From a virus (taxonomy: Duplodnaviria > Caudoviricetes), in IMG/VR virus record IMGVR_UViG_3300008259_003073: DNA of 64,000 nucleotides; one strand, written 5' to 3'. The notes under the pieces were generated by a model. It saw nothing but the letters and a program-made list of their open reading frames with translations, made no database searches and was not told the DNA's origin. The position numbers and the translations under genes were made by a program. This document shows, in pieces, positions 1-9,246 of this stretch (positions are counted from its first letter, which is position 1; each line of letters begins with the position of its first letter).

Positions 1-163
1 TCTTTTTATCCAGCTTCCAAAAGATGTTTTTACGATTCACCTTATCTACCTCAATGAATAGAACCGAATGAACTTTTACTTTACAAACTCTAATGGATTT
101 TGAACCCGTCTTTCCGTTCTTTGAGACACGGACTTCAACGATTTGATTAGATAAATTTTCCAT
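1..163 (-). CDS. small hypothetical protein, runs off window edge
   Basis: Hand translation MENLSNQIVEVRVSKNGKTGSKSIRVCKVK..., open to position 1; not in ORF track. Confidence 0.6.
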   Translation of the reverse strand, partial: MENLSNQIVEVRVSKNGKTGSKSIRVCKVKVHSVLFIEVDKVNRKNIFWKLDKK

Positions 164-168
164 AGGGA

Positions 169-345
169 TTAAGATAATTGCCAGTTATATTTTGATGTGA
201 GGTATTCCAAATCGGATTCTTCTTCATCGGATAGGGATTCGTTGGTATCGATTCTTCGTTGATACTCTTCAAAGGTATCGTAATCGGTGTTGTATTCTAG
301 AATCTGGGCTTCTCTTATGGATTCTCTTTCTTGAGGGGTTAACAT
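169..345 (-). CDS. small acidic hypothetical protein (58 aa)
   Basis: Hand translation MLTPQERESIREAQILEYNTDYDTFEEYQ...NWQLS*; first gene after promoter at 382-412. Confidence 0.65.
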   Translation of the reverse strand: MLTPQERESIREAQILEYNTDYDTFEEYQRRIDTNESLSDEEESDLEYLTSKYNWQLS

Positions 346-381
346 AGGGTTAGGGGTTAGGGTTTACGACTTATTACAGGG

Positions 382-412
382 TAAATATAGTAAAAAGATG
401 GCAAAAATCCAA
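382..412 (-). promoter_or_regulatory. Bacteroidota-type sigma70 promoter (TTGG-N19-TATATTTA)
   Basis: Resembles Bacteroidota -33 TTTG / -7 TAnnTTTG consensus; same 19-nt spacer at five other sites. Confidence 0.7.
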
Positions 413-450
413 GTGTTTTTGGAAATAATTTTTAATACTATCAAAAAAAT

Positions 451-1008
451 TTAGGTACGACGCTGATTCCCCCAGCCCCCGCTGAATACCCATTCGTTAC
501 CATCCCAATACTCAAATCCTGGTAGTTTTGATTTATATTCAAAATCTTTGAAATAGTCTGCAATATAAAGATATTCATAATCATCCTTAAATAAATCAAT
601 TAAATAATACATCGATAAAGTACCATATGAATTTTTATGGGTTATAGCATTAGAAACTGAATATAAGATTTGATTATCATAAAAATTTACTCTACCCCAA
701 AATAAATCATCCATAAAAAAATCAAAGTATTTGGAGAAAGAATACGCTTCTAAATCATTTAGAATCTTAATTTCTAAATTATTTGTTTGAGTTGTAATCT
801 TTAGTTTACTTAACTGTTTTTTTCTCTTAATTGAAATTGGTTTGAGTTTTAATCTTGCAGATTTTGTTTGATACCATCTATCACCATAGGGAACCCACCC
901 ATTCTCAAACATAAATTGAGATGTTTCATTTTCACGCAATGATTCTAAATATATCAATGGGTTTTCTCCATCGAATACAGAATTATTGTGATTAAATATT
1001 AGTTTCAT
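451..1008 (-). CDS. ATE1/Bpt-like aminoacyl-tRNA-protein transferase (GNAT fold), putative
   Basis: N-terminal FENGW..GDRWY and C-terminal GTLSMYYLI...YEYLYIADY...YKSKLPGFEYWDGNEW resemble ATE_N/ATE_C motifs. Confidence 0.6.
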   Translation of the reverse strand: MKLIFNHNNSVFDGENPLIYLESLRENETSQFMFENGWVPYGDRWYQTKSARLKLKPISIKRKKQLSKLKITTQTNNLEIKILNDLEAYSFSKYFDFFMDDLFWGRVNFYDNQILYSVSNAITHKNSYGTLSMYYLIDLFKDDYEYLYIADYFKDFEYKSKLPGFEYWDGNEWVFSGGWGNQRRT

Positions 1009-1705
1009 TGATTATGTCTTTATCGAATTTATTATATTCTTCCGACCGTTTTTTGTTTGATTCTCCTGATTCTAAATCCGTATGGTCATAGTTCATTATA
1101 TCAGTATCAGGTGTGACCCATCGTTTATTTCTCTCCGCGGTCCATAATGTTGTGTTATATTTTCTGTTAATTACAATCTCTTCTTTGACCGTAAAAGATG
1201 GGTCATGCATTATAAGTCTATTGTTTGGTTGAATTGCAAAATTACCATTTTCCATTGCAATAAAATGACCACATTTGTGTTGTGATGGGAACTCACTCAA
1301 TCCAAAATCAGTATCACTCATATCATCTGAAGACCCCCAGTCCAAAGTGAATAAATACCTTCCGTAGTATTGAACTCTTCTTCTTGAAGTAAATTTACAG
1401 GTTTTATTCTTTAACATTGGAAAACAAGTAGCACCCACATGATATGAAAATGAATCCCATAATACAAGTTCATCTAACTCCTGTTCCGGTGCATCTTCTT
1501 TCCAACAAAACGCATGTATTGGCATTCTCCACCACAATGCCCCATCTTCCATAATAAAATGAAACAATGGTGCTTGTGCAGGTATTGATGACATCCCAAA
1601 TATATAACATGGGAATTTTTTATCAAAAGAATCTTCTTGATTTCTTAAAAAGTTTCCCCTTATAAATGCTTCAACTACTGGTATTGGGGTATTTAAATAT
1701 GACAT
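992..1705 (-). CDS. conserved phage hypothetical protein
   Basis: 237-aa ORF; YLNTPIP...LWWRMPIHAF...LWDSFSY...YLFTLDW...HKCGH...QPNNR pattern typical of a phage family of unknown function. Confidence 0.75.
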   Translation of the reverse strand: MSYLNTPIPVVEAFIRGNFLRNQEDSFDKKFPCYIFGMSSIPAQAPLFHFIMEDGALWWRMPIHAFCWKEDAPEQELDELVLWDSFSYHVGATCFPMLKNKTCKFTSRRRVQYYGRYLFTLDWGSSDDMSDTDFGLSEFPSQHKCGHFIAMENGNFAIQPNNRLIMHDPSFTVKEEIVINRKYNTTLWTAERNKRWVTPDTDIMNYDHTDLESGESNKKRSEEYNKFDKDIINETNI

Positions 1706-1706
1706 A

Positions 1707-2186
1707 TTATTTTATGTGTTCTTCCTCTTTACAAACTTTTTCCAATTGTGATAAAATGTATTTTGGTTTTTCATTTAAAAATACATAACATCTCCATATT
1801 TTTTGTTTTTCAAAGTAAATATGTTTTTCCATATATGCAGGAATTGCAGCATTGGTTGGAATTCGTTTTACTGGATTATCAAAGTGAAGTGTGATTAAAA
1901 CTGTAAGATTTTCAGTATCATCCCATCTTCTTTCCTGTTCTTCCAACAATCTCCACTCACCACGATTTAGGTATTGGTCTTGAAGAATAGAATTTAAGTA
2001 AGAAAATGTTTGTTTTAGGTTTTCCATATTATCGGAGAATGATGCTGCAGGTGCACCATGTCCTTTATCGTAGATGTTTTTATAATAATCATCCGCATCC
2101 GATGTTTTGATGTTGGGTTCTTTGTAAAAATCCATTGAACCTCTGTTTACATTCGTCATCCTGTGCAAATGAAAGGAATGAAACAA
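1707..2186 (-). CDS. hypothetical protein (start uncertain)
   Basis: 159-aa ORF abutting next gene. Confidence 0.65.
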   Translation of the reverse strand: MFHSFHLHRMTNVNRGSMDFYKEPNIKTSDADDYYKNIYDKGHGAPAASFSDNMENLKQTFSYLNSILQDQYLNRGEWRLLEEQERRWDDTENLTVLITLHFDNPVKRIPTNAAIPAYMEKHIYFEKQKIWRCYVFLNEKPKYILSQLEKVCKEEEHIK

Positions 2187-2221
2187 TTAAGAAACTAATA
2201 AGGGTAATGGTTTTTTTCATA

Positions 2222-2461
2222 TTATTTATTTAATTTATTTAAATATCTGGTGAAGTAGATGTATACCCCAAAAAATGAACCCGCTATACAATACAAAACG
2301 AAGTTCGCTTTCCATAAACTTCCCGTCAGTAGCAGCAGGGAATACTGTACGGCATCGAACCCAAACGGATTGAAGAATAGTGCCAGCATCAATGCCATAT
2401 CTTTGTACATCAGTACTCTCGTACTTTTGTTCTTTAATTTGTTTATTGTCTTTACTATCAC
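2222..2461 (-). CDS. small membrane protein
   Basis: Two hydrophobic segments (LMLALFFNPFGFDAVQY; NFVLYCIAGSFFGVYIYF); GTG start; motif at 2509-2516 upstream. Confidence 0.7.
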   Translation of the reverse strand: MIVKTINKLKNKSTRVLMYKDMALMLALFFNPFGFDAVQYSLLLLTGSLWKANFVLYCIAGSFFGVYIYFTRYLNKLNK

Positions 2462-2532
2462 CTTCGTCCATGTATGTGTTTATTTGGTTAAAAATAGGTA
2501 ACCTTTGGTATAAATATACAACCATATTATTT

Positions 2533-3942
2533 TTAGAGAATCATTCTCGAACCAATCAATATATTACTTAAAAAAGGTGAACCTGCGGCAGTATTACCAC
2601 TCAATTTGTAGTTAATACTGAAACCAAATCTTTTACTGATTTTATAATCAAAGGAACTTCCTAATAAAAATCCTATATTTCTATTTACCGTCGTAGTTTT
2701 ACTTACGGTATTGTACGCTATTGGTGATAACATAGTAAATACTTGAGGTGATATTGTTAATTTTTTACTATATTGATATGGTTTAGTCCAAAACCCAACT
2801 GCTGATGTTGATAAACTATATCCATACTTACCAGTTGCATCTTTAATTAAAAGGTTAATCACCCCCAAATTATAACCAAGCACTCCATATTTTTGAGTTG
2901 GTTTAATATGAGTATATCCTAATAAATTCATATAAGTCCCATTTAAATACGCAAATGCAGATGAATATGAATGTATAGTATTTAACTTGCCTTCTGAAAA
3001 ATCTAATTTAGTATACCCTCCACCTACAATAAATGTTTTCAAATCACTCATAACAACAGCAGTTGCAGAATAACTTTCATCACCTGCCATAGATGCTTTA
3101 GATATACCTACTGTAGCAGATTGTAACCATCTACCATCCGCAGATTCTATTGTAGATAAGTCAGATGCTAATAACATCGGATTGGAAGAAACTGCTTTTT
3201 CTTTTTTCTTCTCTTCTTTTTTCTCTTCTTTAGATTCTTCTTTCTTTTCCTCTGATTTTGATTCTTCTTTCTTTTCTTCAGATTTACTTTCCGATTTACT
3301 TTCTTCTTTTGATTCGGATTTGTTTTCAGAAGATTCGGATTTGCTTTCTGATTTTGTTTCAGATTTGGATTCACTCTTTTGTTCCGATGAAGATGATGAA
3401 CTACCACTCTTATTTTCGGAAGATGAAGATGAACTGCTCGATGAAGATGAACTGCTTCCACCACTATTCGATGATGCGGATGAACTACTTTGAGCAGGAG
3501 GTGGTGTACTACTTCCACTAGATGGTGCAGGTGGTGGTGTTGTAGGTGGTGGAGGTGGAACAACTACGGTAGATGCCGCAGATGAAGCAGCTGAACTTGC
3601 AGCTTGAGATGCTGCAGTACTTGCCGTTTGTGCCACTGCATTTGTAACTGTTTGTTGAACCACTGGAGTATTGATAACAGGACAAGTAAATGCTTCGTAT
3701 GTAGCTTTAGTTGTAAATAACCAAGTTTGAATTACTCCCATTTGTACTTCTAATGGTGTAAAAGTTCTTACTTGATTATAAAATGAAACAGTAGCATTAC
3801 CATTTATTATAGTAGTTGTAGCTAGTTTTGTTTCACCCGTACATCTATCTATAAATGTTTGGGTATAGGTTTGCCCTTCGGCTTTAAATGCCGTTATAAA
3901 TGTAACAATTAATAGTAAAATGGATACTACCCATTTTTTCAT
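2533..3942 (-). CDS. exported protein: N-terminal domain, Ser/Pro/Glu-Lys low-complexity linker, C-terminal putative outer-membrane beta-barrel
   Basis: Signal peptide followed by Q; long S/P/EK-rich linker; C-terminal amphipathic strands similar to 10975..11862. Confidence 0.75.
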   Translation of the reverse strand: MKKWVVSILLLIVTFITAFKAEGQTYTQTFIDRCTGETKLATTTIINGNATVSFYNQVRTFTPLEVQMGVIQTWLFTTKATYEAFTCPVINTPVVQQTVTNAVAQTASTAASQAASSAASSAASTVVVPPPPPTTPPPAPSSGSSTPPPAQSSSSASSNSGGSSSSSSSSSSSSSENKSGSSSSSSEQKSESKSETKSESKSESSENKSESKEESKSESKSEEKKEESKSEEKKEESKEEKKEEKKKEKAVSSNPMLLASDLSTIESADGRWLQSATVGISKASMAGDESYSATAVVMSDLKTFIVGGGYTKLDFSEGKLNTIHSYSSAFAYLNGTYMNLLGYTHIKPTQKYGVLGYNLGVINLLIKDATGKYGYSLSTSAVGFWTKPYQYSKKLTISPQVFTMLSPIAYNTVSKTTTVNRNIGFLLGSSFDYKISKRFGFSINYKLSGNTAAGSPFLSNILIGSRMIL

Positions 3943-4373
3943 TAGTTGTTTTGAATTCTACTTCGAGTGGGTTGATTATTTGTTGGAGTAGTTGTTCTTT
4001 GTTGAATTCTACTCGGTTGTAAATTTTGTTGATTAGGTCTAGTTTCTAATCGTGGTCTATTTGGGTATACATTATCAGTTGATGTTCTACTAGGTCTTTC
4101 TCCAATCGTAGTTTTTCTCTCATATCTTGTGGGTTGATGTGGTTGAACTCTGTTTGGGTAAACATAGTATGGAGGGATTGCTCTATATAAATATAAATTG
4201 CGATAGTTCCATCCCCAATCATTCCAACTCCAATAAGGATTATTACCCCAACCTAACCCAAATGTGTTAGTATTGCAATCACAATCTCTATAAACTACGC
4301 GTTGTTGTGTAGTACAAGATGTTAATAAAATTGTTGCAATTAAAATTAGTACAAATACAACTGCCTTTTTCAT
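3942..4373 (-). CDS. lipoprotein with disordered Arg/Gln/Thr-rich tail
   Basis: Lipobox ILLTS-C; W/Y/G-rich middle; low-complexity C-terminus. Confidence 0.7.
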   Translation of the reverse strand: MKKAVVFVLILIATILLTSCTTQQRVVYRDCDCNTNTFGLGWGNNPYWSWNDWGWNYRNLYLYRAIPPYYVYPNRVQPHQPTRYERKTTIGERPSRTSTDNVYPNRPRLETRPNQQNLQPSRIQQRTTTPTNNQPTRSRIQNN

Positions 4374-4393
4374 AGGTATATTATTTAGTTACC

Positions 4394-4401
4394 TATAAAT
4401 A
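4394..4401 (-). promoter_or_regulatory. putative phage late-type promoter motif (coding strand TATTTATA)
   Basis: Directly after terminator, about 20 nt upstream of start 4373; motif recurs upstream of other genes. Confidence 0.5.
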
Positions 4402-4402
4402 T

Positions 4403-4429
4403 AAAAAAAGGGAGTATTACCTCCCTTTT
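4403..4429 (-). terminator. intrinsic terminator of TBDT-lipoprotein operon
   Basis: Stem aaaagggag/ctccctttt, 6-nt loop, T-run on minus strand. Confidence 0.85.
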
Positions 4430-4433
4430 AATT

Positions 4434-5419
4434 TTAATTTCCTTTAGATGGGAATCTAGTCCATCCATTACTCCAAATAGGTTTATCTAATTCAGGTATT
4501 ACCACATCTATCTCCTTATTACTTTTTGAAAGTGCTAATGTTTTCAATTGTTCACTTGTCAAAATTGTAGTTGCCTTACTGATAAAGTTTAAGGTAGGAT
4601 TAAATGTTCCTACTGAATTGTTTTCAAATACTGAAACTCCATCTTTTACAAATCCAGCAGTTTCATTACTTTCCAAACTTAAACCACCTTTCATCCATCC
4701 CCATACAATACTATTCTTCATTGTGAATTGAGTTGCTCTCCTAAATCTCAAACCTAAATTGTGGTTTGCTAATGCAGTAGATACATTCGGTCCAATCAAA
4801 ATCATATTGTAAAGTTTTGGATGTGTATACGGTTGTGCAGGTGAACCCGTTCCATCGTTATCACATTCAACACCATTTCCGGCATCACCACTATCTACGA
4901 ATTGTGGGTCTCTTTTTGCCACACCATTTGTGATTGTTCCAGTGTATCCAAAATCAAAATCAAAATCATCATCTGCGGTTGCGAATGCGTATAGATTTCT
5001 TGCAGATACCGTTCCACCAAAGAATTCAAATGCATGGTTTTTGCTCTGCCCAATATAACGATGCCTCCCCAATCACCAGGTGCTCTTTCTCCAACTGCTT
5101 TACCTGATGTAAATACGATTGGTTTTGTTGCAGTTCCTTCTGCTACAATTTGTGCTCCTCTTTCAATTACCAATGCACCCTTCTCACTTATATCGGATAC
5201 GATTGTTGTACCAGGTTGAATAATTAGTTTTGCTCCATCGGTTACATATACATAACCTTTCAATGTCCAAACTTTATCCGCAGTTAAAGTTGTTGTTGTG
5301 TTGATGTTGCCAGTAAGTGTTGTTGAGGTTGGGATGTTGATTGGACCATCTCCTCCACCCAATTCTTTATCGCAACTCATTAATCCGAATGCTAAAATAG
5401 CTACTAATAGTTTTTTCAT
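4434..5419 (-). pseudogene. TBDT-associated beta-helix surface lipoprotein, split by internal deletion/frameshift near 5035
   Basis: 5' part (FGLMS-C...GDWGGIVILGRAKT) and 3' part (AFEFFGGTV...DDDFDFDFGY...DAGNGVECDND) are halves of one family in different frames. Confidence 0.75.
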
Positions 5420-7893
5420 AATGTTAAATTTAGTGTTAATGAAACTGTTTGTTCGTTGTTTGTTTTAATTAAATCTCTGTTTTGTAACTTTTGGTAAAAG
5501 ATTGATGGTTGAGCAAATACATCACCTATTGCCAATTTTAATTCTCCTTTTGGAAGTTTGTGTAAGAATGTAATATCTAATACATCTCTACTATTTTCAA
5601 AGATATCAGGATACCCCTGAAATCCTACTGCCGATATTCTATCTCCAACCCTATTATAGGTTATATTAAGGGTTTCATTCTTTTTGTGTATATTCACCCC
5701 ACCGTTTAACACATAGGTTGACTGTCCTTGTAATTGTCTTTTAACACCATTCACTTCAACTTCGGAATTCATTATCGATGTATTTGCGTATATATCAAAC
5801 CAACCATTTATCTTTTTTCTTGCTTCCAATTCAACACCATATAGGATAGCTGAATTTGGATTGGTGTAAGTTAGGAGGAGGTTGGATGGAACCGAACCAT
5901 CTGCTACAATTTGTTCTATTGGATTGATGAAGTTCTTACCAAATAGGGAAAGTGAAACATTCTCACCTGTATTCGGATACCATTCGTATTTTAAGTCAGC
6001 ATTGTATATATCAGTTTTCTCTAAATTAGAGTTACCCAATAGTTGTGCATTTCTAACAAAATCATAATACGCAAAATTAGCAACTTCTCTGAATTCTGGT
6101 CTTACTAATGTTTTACTTACCGAAAATCTATACTTTGTTTTTTCTTCGTTGTATGAAAGGTTTAAGGATGGTAATATATCCAAATACTCTCTATCTACAT
6201 TTACTTTCTGTCCACTAAAATCTGCAGTTGATACATCGAATAAATTATACTCACCTCTTAATCCTGTGTTTAATTTCCATTTACCGAATTCCGTATCATA
6301 CATTGTGTATAACGAACCCAAATCAAAATCAGCAGTATATCTATCAGTATTGTTTGTTATCTCATCTAACATATCAGTTGATAGGTTACGGAATACTCTA
6401 GCATTAAATCCTCGTATCTTTTTTAGGTAACCACCACCCACTTTAATCTTACCAAACTCTTTGTTGATATTACCATTCAAAGAGTTCTCATCCATCACAC
6501 TCCAAAAACGATATGTATCTCTCCACGCAGTTTGATATGGTTCATCTACCCCCAATGATTTTGTAATTGGATTAACTCTATAATCGGGTTGTTCTCTGAA
6601 AGTGTATGTATATCCTACATTGAAATCTAATGTTTTAACTTTACCATCTAATTGAGAACTGATTACAACATTGTTAATATGATTTGATGCAGTAGATAAA
6701 ACATTCTGCACATTATCAAAGTTATCACCAGTACGAGTTAGGTATGTATCATCGGTTTGGTAGTTCACTAATGTTTTCCAACTATATCTATTCTCACCCA
6801 AATAGGTCAAATTGAATAAACCATTTGTGGAAAACCTTTTTGTGAATAGAACATCTTTGTAATCATAAGCCAGTTCGGTTGATGATTGATAATCCTTTCT
6901 ATCAATGTTATTTATTGTAAATGAGTTCCTTACGGTAGAACTGAATAAGGAGTTCCATTTTCCGTTTACATACCCGAATGATACACCACCATTTAAGTTC
7001 TGAATAGATTGGATTGTTTCAGTTGATGGATTATCAAATAGTTTAGTGTAAGCTCTCTTATCACCATTACCACTAATTCGGTATTTGTATGTAGATGGGA
7101 ATGTGGAGGGGAAATCGGTAGCTTGAACTAACTTAAAATCTCTAAAAGTTGAAACCGAACCCCAACCACTTCCCGATGATATATTAAAAAAGTTATCAGA
7201 TACTTCTTTAGTTGTTATCTGAACCAATCCACCTGCCCAATCACCTGGTAGATTTGCCGATGCTGATTTAGCAACTATTATGTTATCAATTAGTGATGTG
7301 GGGATTATATCAAATGAGAATGCTCTCCTATCGGGTTCGGTTGATGGTAGTGGGGTTTTGTTTAGTAGTGCTGAATTATATCTATCTGCCAATCCTCTTA
7401 CTAATACAAACTTATCGTTTTGTATAGTTACACCACTTACTCTTTTAAGTGCATCACCCACATTTCTATCGGGTGTCTTTTTGATAAATTCTATGGATAA
7501 TCCATCTGATACAACATTACTATTTCGTATTGATTTAACAATAGTTATATCATTTACTTTTTGGGATATTGCCTGTACTGTAACCTCTGTTAATTCTGTA
7601 CTACTTTCTTCAAGTATTATATCAAAGGTTATGTCAGATGTTATATTTAATTCTTTTGTAAAATTCTGATACCCTATGTATGTTGCGGTTATGATGTATG
7701 TACCAGATTTTACATTTAATTTATACTCTGCATTTTCATTTGAGATAGTAGTGTATGTAGTTCCATCGGTGTGTTTGAAACTGATGTGGGAAAAATATAT
7801 ACTTTCCGTTTTGGATTTGGTTATACCACCTATGTTTATTTGTCCAATTGCTAAAGTTGGAATTAGTAGCAAAAATAAGAGAAACGATTTCAT
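5416..7893 (-). CDS. TonB-dependent outer-membrane transporter (carboxypeptidase-regulatory-like N domain, plug, barrel)
   Basis: Signal peptide; GTYIITATYIGY; plug DALKRVSGVTI...VRGLADRYN...FSFDIIP...IDNIIVAKS; barrel GLRGEY, PSLNL, RPEFRE, terminal LTLNLTL. Confidence 0.92.
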   Translation of the reverse strand: MKSFLLFLLLIPTLAIGQINIGGITKSKTESIYFSHISFKHTDGTTYTTISNENAEYKLNVKSGTYIITATYIGYQNFTKELNITSDITFDIILEESSTELTEVTVQAISQKVNDITIVKSIRNSNVVSDGLSIEFIKKTPDRNVGDALKRVSGVTIQNDKFVLVRGLADRYNSALLNKTPLPSTEPDRRAFSFDIIPTSLIDNIIVAKSASANLPGDWAGGLVQITTKEVSDNFFNISSGSGWGSVSTFRDFKLVQATDFPSTFPSTYKYRISGNGDKRAYTKLFDNPSTETIQSIQNLNGGVSFGYVNGKWNSLFSSTVRNSFTINNIDRKDYQSSTELAYDYKDVLFTKRFSTNGLFNLTYLGENRYSWKTLVNYQTDDTYLTRTGDNFDNVQNVLSTASNHINNVVISSQLDGKVKTLDFNVGYTYTFREQPDYRVNPITKSLGVDEPYQTAWRDTYRFWSVMDENSLNGNINKEFGKIKVGGGYLKKIRGFNARVFRNLSTDMLDEITNNTDRYTADFDLGSLYTMYDTEFGKWKLNTGLRGEYNLFDVSTADFSGQKVNVDREYLDILPSLNLSYNEEKTKYRFSVSKTLVRPEFREVANFAYYDFVRNAQLLGNSNLEKTDIYNADLKYEWYPNTGENVSLSLFGKNFINPIEQIVADGSVPSNLLLTYTNPNSAILYGVELEARKKINGWFDIYANTSIMNSEVEVNGVKRQLQGQSTYVLNGGVNIHKKNETLNITYNRVGDRISAVGFQGYPDIFENSRDVLDITFLHKLPKGELKLAIGDVFAQPSIFYQKLQNRDLIKTNNEQTVSLTLNLTL

Positions 7894-7939
7894 TAAGTTA
7901 TTTAAGTTAGTTCCTCAATAACTATGAACCCGTTTCTCT

Positions 7940-7973
7940 AAAGTGGTTAAGCAAATGTTAACAAATAATTAAA
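7940..7973 (-). promoter_or_regulatory. Pho-box-like triple direct repeat, 11-bp period
   Basis: Minus strand TTTAATTA-TTT-GTTAACAT-TTG-CTTAACCA, about 50 nt upstream of TBDT start. Confidence 0.6.
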
Positions 7974-8178
7974 TTACTATTCGTTTATCTATATTGTGTT
8001 TTTCGTAAAAGTTATTAAGTGTTTTAATTAAATCAATAATCATATCTTTTGCTTCCTTTTGTGATTTCACATCGGCTCTTGCAAAAGTTGTTTTGGGTAA
8101 AATGGTAGATATTACTTCCCTAGCAGCCCCACCTGTTACTGATACTACTTTTTCATCAATAGGTTTCTTCACTGACAT
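7969..8178 (-). CDS. hypothetical protein (69 aa)
   Basis: ORF track; tightly packed. Confidence 0.65.
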   Translation of the reverse strand: MSVKKPIDEKVVSVTGGAAREVISTILPKTTFARADVKSQKEAKDMIIDLIKTLNNFYEKHNIDKRIVI

Positions 8179-8185
8179 ATAAACA

Positions 8186-8905
8186 TTAATTTGGAAATAT
8201 ACCTTTCTTAATCATTCTATCCAAAATTCTAGCACAAGCAATATCCAATGCCTTTTTAGTTGCAATTGAAATAGTTGATTGGTTGAATTTTACTTCATCA
8301 ACAGTCGCATCAGATAATAGTGTTAATTCTCTCGTTGTAGTTGCCTCACCCAATCCAGATGCTCCAAATACTACACCAGTCTCTGCGTTTGTGAAACGAA
8401 CTTGCAAACCGATACGAGTAACCACCATATTCTTAACACCATCCTTTAAGTTTACGGTCTCATCTTCTGATATTGAATAATCGTAACATTCAATTGTCAC
8501 AAAGTATTCTGCTAAATTGATTTTACCAAACCCATCCAACTGGTTTTCAGAAATACCAGCTTGAGATGCTTGGAATTGTTTAACCATTCGGTTCTTAATT
8601 TCCGTTTTATCTTCGGTAAATTTGAAACGATTGAGGTTTTCCAAGTACTCCATTGAGATGTTTGCTACACCCAAACCTACTCTTTTCTCTTTGAGTTCTG
8701 GATATAGTTCATACATCTCATCACTAATACCTGCTTTTAGAATTTGAATTGGAATTTGACGACCTTCGTAATCTAAAAATTGAGAGATGTCAATGGCAGT
8801 TTCAAATGATGCTTTGTATTGTTCAGTCTTTGTAGTTCCTACGGTTTGAGCTACCACAACACTGCTTAACAAACAAAAACTTAATAATGCGAATAATTTT
8901 TTCAT
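8186..8905 (-). CDS. CsgG/HfaB-like exported protein
   Basis: Signal peptide + Q; GVANISMEYLENLNRFKFTED resembles CsgG 'ml..aL..tgrF.vvER' helix-strand; VRFTNAETGVVFGASG strand. Confidence 0.65.
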   Translation of the reverse strand: MKKLFALLSFCLLSSVVVAQTVGTTKTEQYKASFETAIDISQFLDYEGRQIPIQILKAGISDEMYELYPELKEKRVGLGVANISMEYLENLNRFKFTEDKTEIKNRMVKQFQASQAGISENQLDGFGKINLAEYFVTIECYDYSISEDETVNLKDGVKNMVVTRIGLQVRFTNAETGVVFGASGLGEATTTRELTLLSDATVDEVKFNQSTISIATKKALDIACARILDRMIKKGIFPN

Positions 8906-8920
8906 ACATATGTCTTTTCT

Positions 8921-8928
8921 TATAAATA
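8921..8928 (-). promoter_or_regulatory. putative phage late-type promoter motif (TATTTATA)
   Basis: Between terminator and start 8905, same layout as 4394. Confidence 0.5.
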
Positions 8929-8930
8929 TA

Positions 8931-8960
8931 AAAAAAGGGAGAAACTATAATTTCTCCCTT
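8931..8960 (-). terminator. intrinsic terminator
   Basis: Stem aagggagaaa/tttctccctt, 6-nt loop, T-run on minus strand. Confidence 0.85.
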
Positions 8961-9000
8961 AAAATATATCTGCCCTTCCTACAGTTAAAAGATATATTTG

Positions 9001-9246
9001 TTATCCTTCTTCTTCAGATTTTCCTTTTTTTCCGAAAATCTTACCAGCTTCGGCAATACCGAATGAACCCAATGTAATGATTACGAATGAATTGAAAATA
9101 GTATCACTAATTTCTAGTGTATTTCCCATAATACCAGTTACAATATCTGCACCAGCAAATATCGCCATAACTGCGAATGAACCGAATCCAACGATTGATT
9201 TTTCGTTGTAATCATTGTTGTCTTTGAAAATGTCTTTAAATGCCAT
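9001..9246 (-). CDS. small two-TM membrane protein (holin-like size)
   Basis: Two hydrophobic helices, charged C-terminus. Confidence 0.7.
   Translation of the reverse strand: MAFKDIFKDNNDYNEKSIVGFGSFAVMAIFAGADIVTGIMGNTLEISDTIFNSFVIITLGSFGIAEAGKIFGKKGKSEEEG

Noticed and set aside
345-365. Telomere-like TTAGGG repeats
   Set aside because: Only about three imperfect copies inside a promoter/5'-UTR region; no eukaryotic or terminal context.
451-492. tRNA or tRNA fragment in the GC-rich patch
   Set aside because: Too short; no cloverleaf, T-loop or CCA end.
3168-3563. His-rich 131-aa ORF
   Set aside because: Off-frame reading of the Ser/Pro low-complexity linker of 2533..3942.
5030-5045. Programmed ribosomal frameshift (GCAAAAACC) in the lipoprotein
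   Set aside because: A frameshift would not restore the conserved block missing between RAKT and AFEFFGG; a deletion explains it better.
8962-8999. Second inverted repeat (aaatatatct/agatatattt) upstream of the 8931-8960 terminator
   Set aside because: AT-only stem with an 18-nt loop; likely weak or chance in this composition.
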